A model generated the notes under the pieces. The model saw nothing but the letters and a program-made list of their open reading frames with translations, had not been told where the DNA came from and searched no databases. A stretch of DNA of 64,000 nt from the NCBI GenBank assembly GCA_963778115.1, contig CAVZSV010000004.1, positions 1,184,001 to 1,248,000 on the forward strand, read 5' to 3'. The translations under genes were made by a program, and so were the position numbers. The first letter of the stretch is position 1. The number at the start of each line of letters is the position of its first letter. Positions 20,770-30,216 of this stretch are shown here, piece after piece. Source of the stretch: an uncultured delta proteobacterium. GTDB taxonomy: Bacteria > Bdellovibrionota > FAC87 > UBA2466.

Positions 20770-21968
20770 CTAACGGCCTTTCTCCAAATGGCGACACCGT
20801 TGGTGCCACTCAAGAAATAGAAAAGGCCCTTAAGAGCGGCAAGGTTCATGTAACAGTAGTAAACCGGAAGATAGAGAATCCGTTCGACCATTTTACTAGC
20901 GTGATTTGCATTTCCTACATAGCGACGAGTAAGAAACCCTACGACGGCAAGTAGATAAAAAATAGATTGAAGCAATAGAAAGCCTCTATAGAACGCAAGT
21001 TCCCCTCGGAAAGCCAGAGGGATACTCGCCATCAGCAAAAGCAACAAGAAGACGGGCATCAAATGGCGGAGAGTCTTGTGAACCAAAAATTGAATCGCAA
21101 ATCCCGTGCGGGGAGGAAACAAGAACTTTCGATATCGCCCCATGATCTGAAAGCCTCCCAATACCATTCGAGCCTTCACCCGGAAATCATCTTCCAAAGA
21201 GATCGAAGCTTTTTCTTCGGATAGCGCCCTAGGCTCGTAGATGACCCGTAATCCCTGCTGAATCAGGTCCAGCGTGATCGCGGTGTCGTCGTTGATCATG
21301 TCCGAATCAAGAACCTTAAAGGCCCGGCGCCTCACCGCAAAGATCTCTCCGTCTCCCGTGGGAATAGAGCCTAAACGACTCTCAGCTGTCTTAAGGCGAG
21401 CTTCCACGTCCCAGAACAGACGATCCCCCCTTGAGCTTTCCCGATCTCTTTGCTCTAGAATGGCTTTTCTGCCGGTAACCCCTCCGATCTTAGGATCGCC
21501 AAACCAGACACTCAGTTTCTTCAAAGCGTCGAAGCTAAAAAACGAATTGGCATCGGAAAAAACTAGCCACTCTCCGCTCGCGATGCTGACGGCACGATTA
21601 AGAGCTGCCGCCTTTCCCTGACGATCGCGTGAATAAAGACAGTGAAGTCGAATTCCGTTACTATCAAAAGCCTTCACCAAATTCACCGTCTTATCGGTAG
21701 AACCGTCCGCGACTACAATAATCTCAAGATTGTCTGGCGGGTATTCTAAAGCTAGACAATTTTCCAATTTAGCATTGATGACGGCCGCTTCATTATAAGC
21801 AGCGATGATAAGAGATATCTTGGGGTCTTCTGCGCAAGGACAAGGGTGAGCCACAGGTCGAAATAGAGAGAAAAGCCAAATAGCTATCGGGAACAGTAGA
21901 TAATGGGTCAAAATGACCACAACCAGGGACCAGAAAATAATGCCCAAACCCTCCACCCCTCTAGGCAT
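20766..21968 (-). CDS. Glycosyltransferase family 2 with TM segments
   Basis: SLIIAAYNE, DGSTD, GKAAALN, FSDAN, NDD, KARMVLG. Confidence 0.92.
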   Translation of the reverse strand: MPRGVEGLGIIFWSLVVVILTHYLLFPIAIWLFSLFRPVAHPCPCAEDPKISLIIAAYNEAAVINAKLENCLALEYPPDNLEIIVVADGSTDKTVNLVKAFDSNGIRLHCLYSRDRQGKAAALNRAVSIASGEWLVFSDANSFFSFDALKKLSVWFGDPKIGGVTGRKAILEQRDRESSRGDRLFWDVEARLKTAESRLGSIPTGDGEIFAVRRRAFKVLDSDMINDDTAITLDLIQQGLRVIYEPRALSEEKASISLEDDFRVKARMVLGGFQIMGRYRKFLFPPRTGFAIQFLVHKTLRHLMPVFLLLLLMASIPLAFRGELAFYRGFLLLQSIFYLLAVVGFLTRRYVGNANHASKMVERILYLPVYYCYMNLAALKGLFYFLSGTNGVAIWRKAVR

Positions 21969-22097
21969 ACCTCATCCCCGAGGTCCCCGCAAATGGTGCC
22001 TCCCCGTCTGTCGTTGCGAGGCAGATCCGAGGCCGAGCCGACACTCTGGAGATCGTAATTCGGCGTGACAGGTTTTAATATGCCGCTGAGGCTTAGG

Positions 22098-23441
22098 CTA
22101 CGGACTAAACGAGAAAGTTGTCGAGGAAAAATTTTTCCTCGACGCGACGTCGAACGCATACAGAACAAACGAGTCCGGATATTCGTTTTCCCGGTGAGCG
22201 TTGTTGGGAAGCGAAAAGATCAAAGGATGGTTTTGATCGCTAATTAAATTCTCGCGAGCTACTAAAAAATTCTTCTTCGCTACCAGCCCTCCGACTTCAT
22301 CGCTGTACTCTTTTCGAGCGGCGGAAAGAGGTTTCCCCTCGGTATCTCTTAGCGAAATCCCCACTTCGATTCGGGTCCCCACCAAAGAAGGGTCTAATCG
22401 CGTAGTGACGAAAAACCGCATTCCTTCCTCATCCCACTTTCGGAAAGCGAGTTTCAGACGAACCAGTGGGGGAGGCTGGGGCGTCGCAGGCGCTAAAGGA
22501 AGGGCTTCTGCAAAAGGCGCAGGAGCAGGAGGGGGAGCAGGCGCTGCCGCCGCGGCGACTTCAATTTCTTTAGGAAGAAAGAACGCATAGGGAACTTGAT
22601 CTTCGACATTCCCCGCTAGCCGGCGCCATCCCAAAGGAGCATATCGACTGCGCAGCTCGGTAAATCTCCTGTGCGTTGACTCTCGAATCGCGAAAAAGAC
22701 TTCAGTCCAGTCGGCAATGCCGTCATGATTGGTATCCAAGGACTCCGGAAGTTGCGATAAGACTTCAGCTATCGCTTCCGTGAAAACCGCGCCTTTTGGT
22801 TCAGGTCCATTTTCTCCTTGGATGGACTTCGTATCCACGAAAGCGGGATTCTCGCCAGTAGCGGCCGTGATGTCGACCGTTCCATGAAGGTCCCCGATGA
22901 TATCAGCGATGAGCGACCAGTTACCTTCCGGCGGAGCGCCCCCTTCGTTAAGGACAGGCCCCGGTTGAGGCTCGGCTCTCGTTCCACAAGCGTCCGTCGT
23001 AATGAGAACCCCTTGTGTTTTCTTGGCTTCCATGGCGGCACGAAGCTCTTTTCTGGATAGCCTGTCCCCTCCCATTTGAAGCACATGACCTTGGCCAGGA
23101 ACTGTCATTCCGTGCCCACAGTAATAAAACCAAAGGACGTCGTTGGGCTTAAAATTATTGGTGTCAAAGAAAGTGATGACGTCGGACCTGCCCGCCACTC
23201 TGTCCCAATAGTAATGGATGGCTAGCCGCTTAATATCTGGTCGAGCGGCTTGCAGAAATTTCTTAAGCCTCGTCCAGCTGGCTTTACAACTGCTCCCCAC
23301 TTTAGGGTCAAACTCTTCTATCGCGCCGAGGACATGAATGGTCCCCGTGGGATTGGAATCGACTGCGAGGGCCGAGGAGGAAAGGCAAGGGACCAATTCC
23401 GTACTCAATAAACAGAATAAAGGCAGCAGCAACCGGTACAT
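22098..23441 (-). CDS. Secreted caspase-family (peptidase C14) protein with Pro/Ala linker and C-terminal domain
   Basis: Signal peptide; FYYCGHG and ITTDAC catalytic dyad; GAVFT; EF-hand-like DTNHDGIADWTE; QVP. Confidence 0.8.
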   Translation of the reverse strand: MYRLLLPLFCLLSTELVPCLSSSALAVDSNPTGTIHVLGAIEEFDPKVGSSCKASWTRLKKFLQAARPDIKRLAIHYYWDRVAGRSDVITFFDTNNFKPNDVLWFYYCGHGMTVPGQGHVLQMGGDRLSRKELRAAMEAKKTQGVLITTDACGTRAEPQPGPVLNEGGAPPEGNWSLIADIIGDLHGTVDITAATGENPAFVDTKSIQGENGPEPKGAVFTEAIAEVLSQLPESLDTNHDGIADWTEVFFAIRESTHRRFTELRSRYAPLGWRRLAGNVEDQVPYAFFLPKEIEVAAAAAPAPPPAPAPFAEALPLAPATPQPPPLVRLKLAFRKWDEEGMRFFVTTRLDPSLVGTRIEVGISLRDTEGKPLSAARKEYSDEVGGLVAKKNFLVARENLISDQNHPLIFSLPNNAHRENEYPDSFVLYAFDVASRKNFSSTTFSFSP

Positions 23442-23651
23442 GTGAGGCTCCCTCTTGCATCATTTCGATTCAGACGAAACTTACATGTATAATGCATCGA
23501 GTCAATAGTAGGGCAGCAAGATACGACTTCGAAAACGCTGCTGTCGACAACCAGCCGGATTTTCTTTATAAATTAGGCACGATTTCATAGAGGGGCCGAG
23601 GCACGGACTAGCCAAGGCTGAAACAAGGCTGGAAATAGAGGCTGCACATTG

Positions 23652-24062
23652 ATGAAGATTCTTCTAGGAAAAGGGAACAATCCAGTGCTGCGCTTGTTCG
23701 GCGCTTTAGCACTGCTTATCTCGCTACAAACCCTGACGGGAAATGTCGCCTTTGCCACCTGTACGGGAACTTGCGCAACCGACACGGATTGCGCGGGAAA
23801 AGCATGCGTTTTTTGTAACCAAGATTTCGGAGTTTGTTCGGATTGTTGTGAGTTTGTGGATTCGCAGAGCTGTCCGGGGGCTTGCAGCTGGAGTGGTACC
23901 GATTGCAGAAACAATAGCAACTTGTCTTGTCTGGGTCTCCCTGAAACGCCCAAGTCCTTCCCCAGATACCTTTACTTGGTCATTCTTGCCGGAATTTTGG
24001 GAATCGCTTGGTTTGGAAGAAAACGCGTCGGCCGAAAACCTAAGGATTCAACTGGCGGATAA
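23652..24062 (+). CDS. Small Cys-rich exported protein with C-terminal sorting signal (LPETP, TM helix, basic cluster); putative exosortase target
   Basis: Signal peptide ending VAFA; 12 Cys in 57 aa; GLPETPKSFPRYLYLVILAGILGIAWFGRKRVGRK. Confidence 0.75.
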   Translation: MKILLGKGNNPVLRLFGALALLISLQTLTGNVAFATCTGTCATDTDCAGKACVFCNQDFGVCSDCCEFVDSQSCPGACSWSGTDCRNNSNLSCLGLPETPKSFPRYLYLVILAGILGIAWFGRKRVGRKPKDSTGG

Positions 24063-25019
24063 TTGGGGAGAGGCAACCAAGCCCGTCTCTGTTTCGAGAA
24101 AGGGACTTAGTTTCTTCAAGTAAGTCGCTATCCCCACCGCATAGAGAAACCATCCCAAATGCGCGTGAAAAAATAGGCCAAAGATATTTCCCGCGATCTT
24201 AAACGGAAGCACCTCTCTTAAGCCGACGCCCAGGAAAAATAGAAATACGATCCGAAATAAATTTAGGCCGAACATAGTTACCAAACCGCCTAAGTACAGC
24301 GTCAAACCGCGAAATAGACGAATGCTCTTCTTAGAGAGTGTGTAAGCCAAGAGAAACACCAGAGTGAAGAAGAAAAAAGAATCAAAGCCCGCACAGGCCT
24401 TTCCGATCCTCGCAGAAAAGATGGGATGTTCCAGCGCGACTTCGGAATTGGAGTTAAAGAAGCTCACGGCATGGGTAAAAGGAATTAACTTAAAAATGCC
24501 ATAAACGGCGGCTGAAGTGACTGGCCCGAGTAACGTCCAACCCGCATGGAATCCTTGGGTGTAAAAGAACATCGAAGTGCCGATAAGGACACAGGGCAAA
24601 AACGCGAATCGGTTCTGGTTTTTTAAGTAGTAACGGGGATCGACAAAGACACAAAAAGAACTGGCGACAATAATAGCTAGACAGGCAAACCACAGTGACG
24701 CCGATCCCACAGGGCTCATCCTTGCCATATCTTCGAAAAAATTATTCTCCACCAGAAACAAGATCGTGGCAGCAATATTCACCAGGAAAGGAATTTTCTG
24801 AAATTTGATTTCGCATTCTTTTGACCTTTCCAAAGCGTGCATCAAGACGATGAAAGCAATGGGAGCCGGAAGAAAAAGATCGTAGTCGGTGATATTGGAG
24901 AATCCAAATCTCAACTCGAGAAAGGCATGTAAGAATATTCTCAATAAGAGAAGCTGGGCCAACGGCCAAGCGAGGATGGTGATAGCGCGTTTCGTCGTTT
25001 CGCTCGATATATTGAACAT
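24048..25019 (-). CDS. Exosortase/archaeosortase family protein
   Basis: Polytopic membrane protein with IGKACAGFDS (Cys), NLFRI (Arg) and FHAHLGW (His) in family order. Confidence 0.85.
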   Translation of the reverse strand: MFNISSETTKRAITILAWPLAQLLLLRIFLHAFLELRFGFSNITDYDLFLPAPIAFIVLMHALERSKECEIKFQKIPFLVNIAATILFLVENNFFEDMARMSPVGSASLWFACLAIIVASSFCVFVDPRYYLKNQNRFAFLPCVLIGTSMFFYTQGFHAGWTLLGPVTSAAVYGIFKLIPFTHAVSFFNSNSEVALEHPIFSARIGKACAGFDSFFFFTLVFLLAYTLSKKSIRLFRGLTLYLGGLVTMFGLNLFRIVFLFFLGVGLREVLPFKIAGNIFGLFFHAHLGWFLYAVGIATYLKKLSPFLETETGLVASPQLSAS

Positions 25020-25269
25020 GTTTTTTTTTTGGTTGACGCCCGGAGGAGGAAGTTGGGCGATAAATTAATTGTATCAGATGTCAGCTTGAAAGGTAGGGGC
25101 CACGCATGAAGCGTGATGTCATTCCAAAGTCGAGGCTTCAAGAACGATTCCAACTCGTTACCTCAAAAAAAGCATACTCTTCACAAATACCCCTTAATTT
25201 TATTGAAAAATCCATCACCATTCTGCCGAGGAAATAACGCGATAAGCGACATTTTGCTAAAATTAGTGA

Positions 25270-26883
25270 GTGGCACGTATGATCTACTTCCTTCCTCTTA
25301 TCTTTGCCCTACTCGGATGTTCGGGCGCTTCTATCCATTGGCAGCAAGGATCTACTGGTTCTAGCCTAAGCGTAAACGTGAATTCCGAAGCCTTGGTGCT
25401 CGACCCAAGCAATTCGCTATTCCTACCGGTTTCCGGTGGAGTCTCTCCTTATGCCTGCAGTTGTACTTTGCCCGGTTGCGTGGCTTCCGGTGGCACTAAC
25501 GGATGTACTTACCAAGCCCCCTCGTCGACGGTTGGAATCTCCAATGCACTAACGATCAAGACAGCCGTTCAAACCGACCAAATCACCATAACCGACTGGC
25601 TCGGAAACTCTCTCAATCCAGTGACCGTCACTATTTCATCTCCCGGACTCGACCCGACCTACAGTAGCGCACAGGGTTTCCTCTCGGAGCCAACGGCTAT
25701 TACTAGCAATGGCGTTCCAGTTTTTATTTCTTCTGATCCAAGCGGAGACACTCTTCTCACATTCGCGTCCGCAACCACCCTTAAAACCTATGAAGTCACA
25801 TCCGCGGGCCTTTTAGATTTCGTCCCGGCTCAACAAGACAGCTTGCCAGTGGTGTCGCTCCTAGACGGCGTCACGATGGATGCGAATGGAGACACGATTT
25901 TTTATGGAAACTTGGGAAGTAATGCAACGGGGATGGCGCGATTTCAGCTCTCCCCCACCAGCACGACGGCACAACCCGCGTCCTTCTCTCCAACCCCCTT
26001 ATCACCTACGATAGCCAGTTTACCTCAAATCGTTGGGGGGCAAATCTGTATCATTAGCGCCGTCTACAACACGGGGGGATCGATTACCCTTTCACGCAGT
26101 CTTCCCTCGGGTAGTCCCGATACGACCTTCAGTTCGTTGCTTATCAATGTGGGGGATTACTCTGGTACTTTACCGCCGGTAGCCTCGCTAGCCGTTCAAC
26201 CGGGCACCGGGGAAATCATCCTGATGGGTGTCTCTAATACTACCGTGACTTTCAACCAAGAAACGGCGGGTAACGACACTTCCGCCTCTTTGGCATCGAC
26301 TACCACAGGACCCCAGATTTTCTTATTTCGCATTTCCCCGAATGGAGTCTTGGATAATGCGTTTGGGACTTCTGGTGGTACCGGTACTCCAGTGAACAAT
26401 TCATCCTCTTTGGCGGCGATGGCACTTCAAAGTACGGGGGCTATCCTTATCGCTTCTGATGCTTTCACTGCCAATATCAATCAATTTCAGGTCATGCGAT
26501 TTGCGGCCAACGGGACTCTCGATCCCAATTTCGGGGTGAGCGGAATCGTAACCGTTCCAAGCTTTACTGAAATCGAAGGCGCCCCAGCTTCTACGGATCA
26601 AGTGACGTCTATCGCAGTCTCAAATGACGATAGCATCTATCTTGCAGGCTCTACCACCTATAATGGTTCCACCACTTTTGGGGTAGCTTCGCTAGATGGA
26701 AGCGGAAAGATTACGGCGCAAGTTAGCCAAAGCTTTTCGCAAGGGGAAGAAATCGATAAGCCGACAGCCATTCTCGTTCAGTCAACCGGAGCTAATGGTG
26801 CCTATGCGCAGATTTTGGTGGCGGGATCAAGTTACGCAAACGCCGCGGAAAATGTCGTTTTAGCGCGGTTCCTCATGCCATAG
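25270..26883 (+). CDS. Lipoprotein with delta-60-like repeats (beta-propeller)
   Basis: Lipobox LLGC; repeats GSPDTTF, GVLDNAFG, GTLDPNFG preceded by AVQPxGxI; alternative start ATG 25279. Confidence 0.8.
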   Translation: MARMIYFLPLIFALLGCSGASIHWQQGSTGSSLSVNVNSEALVLDPSNSLFLPVSGGVSPYACSCTLPGCVASGGTNGCTYQAPSSTVGISNALTIKTAVQTDQITITDWLGNSLNPVTVTISSPGLDPTYSSAQGFLSEPTAITSNGVPVFISSDPSGDTLLTFASATTLKTYEVTSAGLLDFVPAQQDSLPVVSLLDGVTMDANGDTIFYGNLGSNATGMARFQLSPTSTTAQPASFSPTPLSPTIASLPQIVGGQICIISAVYNTGGSITLSRSLPSGSPDTTFSSLLINVGDYSGTLPPVASLAVQPGTGEIILMGVSNTTVTFNQETAGNDTSASLASTTTGPQIFLFRISPNGVLDNAFGTSGGTGTPVNNSSSLAAMALQSTGAILIASDAFTANINQFQVMRFAANGTLDPNFGVSGIVTVPSFTEIEGAPASTDQVTSIAVSNDDSIYLAGSTTYNGSTTFGVASLDGSGKITAQVSQSFSQGEEIDKPTAILVQSTGANGAYAQILVAGSSYANAAENVVLARFLMP

Positions 26884-26893
26884 TTTGGCTTCC

Positions 26894-28495
26894 CTACCAA
26901 CTTAAGACCATGCTCAGATTCGCCCCGGTCAGAAAATTTTTCGTGTACTCGGAAGCGGTTGCGCCGGGCAACGTGTAGCTAGCGGCGTCCCTTTGCAGAA
27001 TAAAACCTAAAACTAACGCCGTACTTCTAGTCATCCAATACCTTCCCCAAACTCTCATGTCGATGTTTCCTGACGAGGAAGCGAAAGAGGCTTGAGAAGG
27101 AAGGCTTAATCCCGCGATCTCAAAATAGTAATCAAGGTTGGCACCCAGATCCCAATGATTTGCCACTCTCCAGATGGCCTCGGTTCCCACGAAGCTCTCC
27201 AGAAACGAAGTCGTGGTGACGTTAGGAGTAGTGGGACTCGATGACGGGTCGGCCGCGATATCAAACATCTGTCGATAGCGAAAGCCCCCATTTATTTTTA
27301 TGCCTAAAGTAGATTCCGGTTGGCGTCCCAACAACGAGAAACCTGCTCCCAATCCCAACGTGTTGTTCGAAAAAGACTTGTTAGAAATGCTGTAGGCCGC
27401 ATAGGTACCCCCCAAACCTAATTGCCATGCGGGAGACAGCCTTACGTCTGCGTCTAACACGACACCTGCAATGGCTCCTGAAGCATTTCCCGAAAGGTTT
27501 CTCGATCCGCTTTCATCTTGGAACGAGAAGGACTGAACCAACGTTCCAATACTAAGTCGAAAAGGCTTGGATTGATCGGCGGGTTTCTCTTCTTGCTCTT
27601 CACTAATCGATTCCGTGCTCTCGGGGCCTCGAAAGTTTTCTTCTCCCCCAAGGGAAGCAAGCGCGCGAACGCCCACGACATAATCCGCATTCGGCATCAC
27701 AACACCAAATTGTTCTTTCTTCGCGATAAACTTTCGCTCCGGCTGGGGGACCGGGTGTTCAGCAGACTTTCCCGGCTTAAAAGTAATTTCATACGCTTTA
27801 GCCTCTTTGACGGGTTTCCATTTAACCAGCACCCTTTGCTTTCCATGATCCAATTTTACTAGCGGAGAGATTAGCTGCGGGGCTTGCAGTTGTGGATACG
27901 CCACTTCAAATTCTTGGGCATTAGAGTCTTCACTCTGAATAGGCGCTTGGGACTTGTCTAAATGGAATGCCGCAATTTGGGCTACGACTGCCCACGAAAA
28001 CTTTCCCGGTTCTTTCACTTCAAAGACGAACTCTGTTTTCTTGACGCGATGTTTGGTCACTTTGCCACTGCTGTCGGTAATCCGGACGGAGTAACGGTCC
28101 GCCCCTTCAGAAGCGCCCCAACGCAAGGGAATCGATAATCCCTGTGGAGTGAGTACATATTTTTCTTCGGTCTTCTCGGCAACGGGTGCTGGAGGAGCCA
28201 CCTTAATTTCATAAGGCTCACTCCACATTCCTGGCCTATCGAACCTATCCCAACTGCGAACACGATAACGATAATATCCGAAGGAGAGTTTTCCCACCCA
28301 CTCGGTAGCGGTCTTTGCGTCTACGGCAATATCATGGGTCTCGAGCTTTCCGTTGCCGTCGAGAATTTCAATCTGATATTTGGTGGAACCTTGAATGGGA
28401 TCCCATTTCAACGACACTCCAGCTCCCCAAGCACACAAAGAGACCCCGCCCACCATCAAAAGGATGACGACTAAGCTGAGAGTCTTCATTCTCAC
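26894..28495 (-). CDS. Exported protein with N-terminal FN3-like domains and a probable C-terminal outer-membrane beta-barrel
   Basis: Signal peptide; LKWDPI..YRYRVRS..GMWSE FN3 motifs; amphipathic strands ending in terminal Trp (LSMVLSW). Confidence 0.7.
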   Translation of the reverse strand: MRMKTLSLVVILLMVGGVSLCAWGAGVSLKWDPIQGSTKYQIEILDGNGKLETHDIAVDAKTATEWVGKLSFGYYRYRVRSWDRFDRPGMWSEPYEIKVAPPAPVAEKTEEKYVLTPQGLSIPLRWGASEGADRYSVRITDSSGKVTKHRVKKTEFVFEVKEPGKFSWAVVAQIAAFHLDKSQAPIQSEDSNAQEFEVAYPQLQAPQLISPLVKLDHGKQRVLVKWKPVKEAKAYEITFKPGKSAEHPVPQPERKFIAKKEQFGVVMPNADYVVGVRALASLGGEENFRGPESTESISEEQEEKPADQSKPFRLSIGTLVQSFSFQDESGSRNLSGNASGAIAGVVLDADVRLSPAWQLGLGGTYAAYSISNKSFSNNTLGLGAGFSLLGRQPESTLGIKINGGFRYRQMFDIAADPSSSPTTPNVTTTSFLESFVGTEAIWRVANHWDLGANLDYYFEIAGLSLPSQASFASSSGNIDMRVWGRYWMTRSTALVLGFILQRDAASYTLPGATASEYTKNFLTGANLSMVLSW

Positions 28496-30123
28496 TTGGT
28501 TCTCGCCCCCGATACCTTGGGAGCAGGAAGAGGAGCTCCATATTTAACGATAAATTCTCTGGGCGTAAGCGCTTCGCCGAGACGATCCAAAGAGTCAATG
28601 GCTCGCACCGTCCAATGGTATTTCCCGTCCTTGATATTTTTTAAGGGAAACTTGGGCTCGGTGGTGGTTTCCGAGATCTCTCTGGCGCCCCCTGAAACCG
28701 TTACCCGATAGCTCTTGGCTTGGGGAACAGGCTCCCACACCAATTCGGGATCTTGGGCGGTGGGATCCAATAAAAGGACGACACCGTTTGCGGGTTTGGC
28801 CTCGCTAGGTGGTTTAAGAAGATCGGGGGCCCCTTTTTTTAACGTAAACTTACTTGTCTCCGATTCCGCCACTAACCGCGACTGCTTGGTGGCCGTAACC
28901 TTCCACGCGAATTCTCCCAGGGGCGGATTCTTAAGGACATAGTGAACCCCGTAAACCGAAGCGCGCTCGATCTTGCCGGAAGGAGGAGTCATCTCTATTT
29001 CATAAGGAATGTCGTTGGGAATATCGTTCTTGGCTTTCCATTGGAGCATGATCTCTGGCTTAGCTTCGACAGTACTTCCGTTCGAGGGATTCTCTAGCAC
29101 AATCGTCACTTTGGGAATGGGTACGACCGAGAATTCTGAAAGGGCCGATTTAATGGTGAAGTCAGGATATTCACGAACGAGTCGCCAGAAGTAGGATCCC
29201 GGCGGAAAACCGTCCAAACGAATTAGCCCGGTGCTAGCCAAGACCTTTTGTTTAACCACGGGACTTGAGAACTCACTGTCTTGAGACACTTCGATTTCGG
29301 TAACGGCTCGACCCTCATCCTTATCGCTCGGAGGAAGCCAACGGAACGCTATCTTTTGCTTTTCATCTAAGAGTTCTAGTTTCTCACTGGCTTCCGGGTG
29401 AACCAAAGTGAGTGGCCTTGCGTCTTTCACTTCAAAGGATCGCATCTCCGAGAGAGGCTCCGTTCCATCGACGAGTCTCCAGTAGTATTTTCCCGGCCGA
29501 AGCGAGGTTCTCAGCGTCTGAATTCCTGGTTTGACCGAAACACGCTGGGCTTTGAGAAAATTCTCGTAAGTCGAAAATTCGAAAGTAATGGGTTTATCTA
29601 GCTTTTGCTGCCAGGAAAACTTCACGTGAACGGACTGGTCGGGAACGGCGTAGAGGATTGCTTTTGAGGCAGGTTCCAGTACGCGAAGTTGAATCTTTCG
29701 TTCGGTCCGATGGCCTTTACTGTCTACGTGAATTTCCCGATCGCCCTGGGCGGTTCTTACGATTAGCGAACCCTGTGCGTACTTTAACGTGAGATCCGCG
29801 TTATCATCGATCATGACCAGACCATCGTCAGAAAGCTCGATGGTAGATCCATCATTGAAAGACAGTTCCCCGCCGCCTCGAATCCAATCTAAATGGTAGA
29901 TCATTTCTCCGGTTTCGATGTCGCGCCAGAGATAACTCGAAGCAAATCTTCGTCGCATGTCGGCATGGCGCCGCTGCAGGTGGGCTACGGGCGCTCCATC
30001 TCCGGCTCCTCCCGATTGGCGAAGATCTCTCCACAAAACGTAGGAGCTATAGAGGGCTCCAGTAAGCCAAAGTGCTGAAATCAAGCATACCTTTATCAAT
30101 CGAGTGTAGTCATTACGGTGCAT
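28492..30123 (-). CDS. Membrane-anchored FecR-like domain protein with tandem FN3/Ig-like domains
   Basis: Single N-terminal TM; RRRFASSYLWRDI..LSFNDGSTIELSDDGLVMI FecR-like; repeated GxY(Y/F)WR. ATG 30123 preferred because the track start 30231 overlaps the divergent gene. Confidence 0.7.
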   Translation of the reverse strand: MHRNDYTRLIKVCLISALWLTGALYSSYVLWRDLRQSGGAGDGAPVAHLQRRHADMRRRFASSYLWRDIETGEMIYHLDWIRGGGELSFNDGSTIELSDDGLVMIDDNADLTLKYAQGSLIVRTAQGDREIHVDSKGHRTERKIQLRVLEPASKAILYAVPDQSVHVKFSWQQKLDKPITFEFSTYENFLKAQRVSVKPGIQTLRTSLRPGKYYWRLVDGTEPLSEMRSFEVKDARPLTLVHPEASEKLELLDEKQKIAFRWLPPSDKDEGRAVTEIEVSQDSEFSSPVVKQKVLASTGLIRLDGFPPGSYFWRLVREYPDFTIKSALSEFSVVPIPKVTIVLENPSNGSTVEAKPEIMLQWKAKNDIPNDIPYEIEMTPPSGKIERASVYGVHYVLKNPPLGEFAWKVTATKQSRLVAESETSKFTLKKGAPDLLKPPSEAKPANGVVLLLDPTAQDPELVWEPVPQAKSYRVTVSGGAREISETTTEPKFPLKNIKDGKYHWTVRAIDSLDRLGEALTPREFIVKYGAPLPAPKVSGARTK

Positions 30124-30216
30124 TTCGTATCTCTCATCGGAAAAAAAAACAGAAAAATTCAAGAAATATTGAAGAAATACGGTGATTACACCGAAAAGTG
30201 CTGCGGAGACTATACT

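Noticed and set aside
23560..23650. Sigma54 promoter for the Cys-rich gene (GGCACG occurs twice)
   Set aside because: Neither copy has GC at the required 10-nt spacing.
23937..23951. True sortase LPxTG substrate
   Set aside because: The motif is LPETP, the organism is diderm (LPS genes, TolC) and the neighbour is an exosortase, not a sortase.
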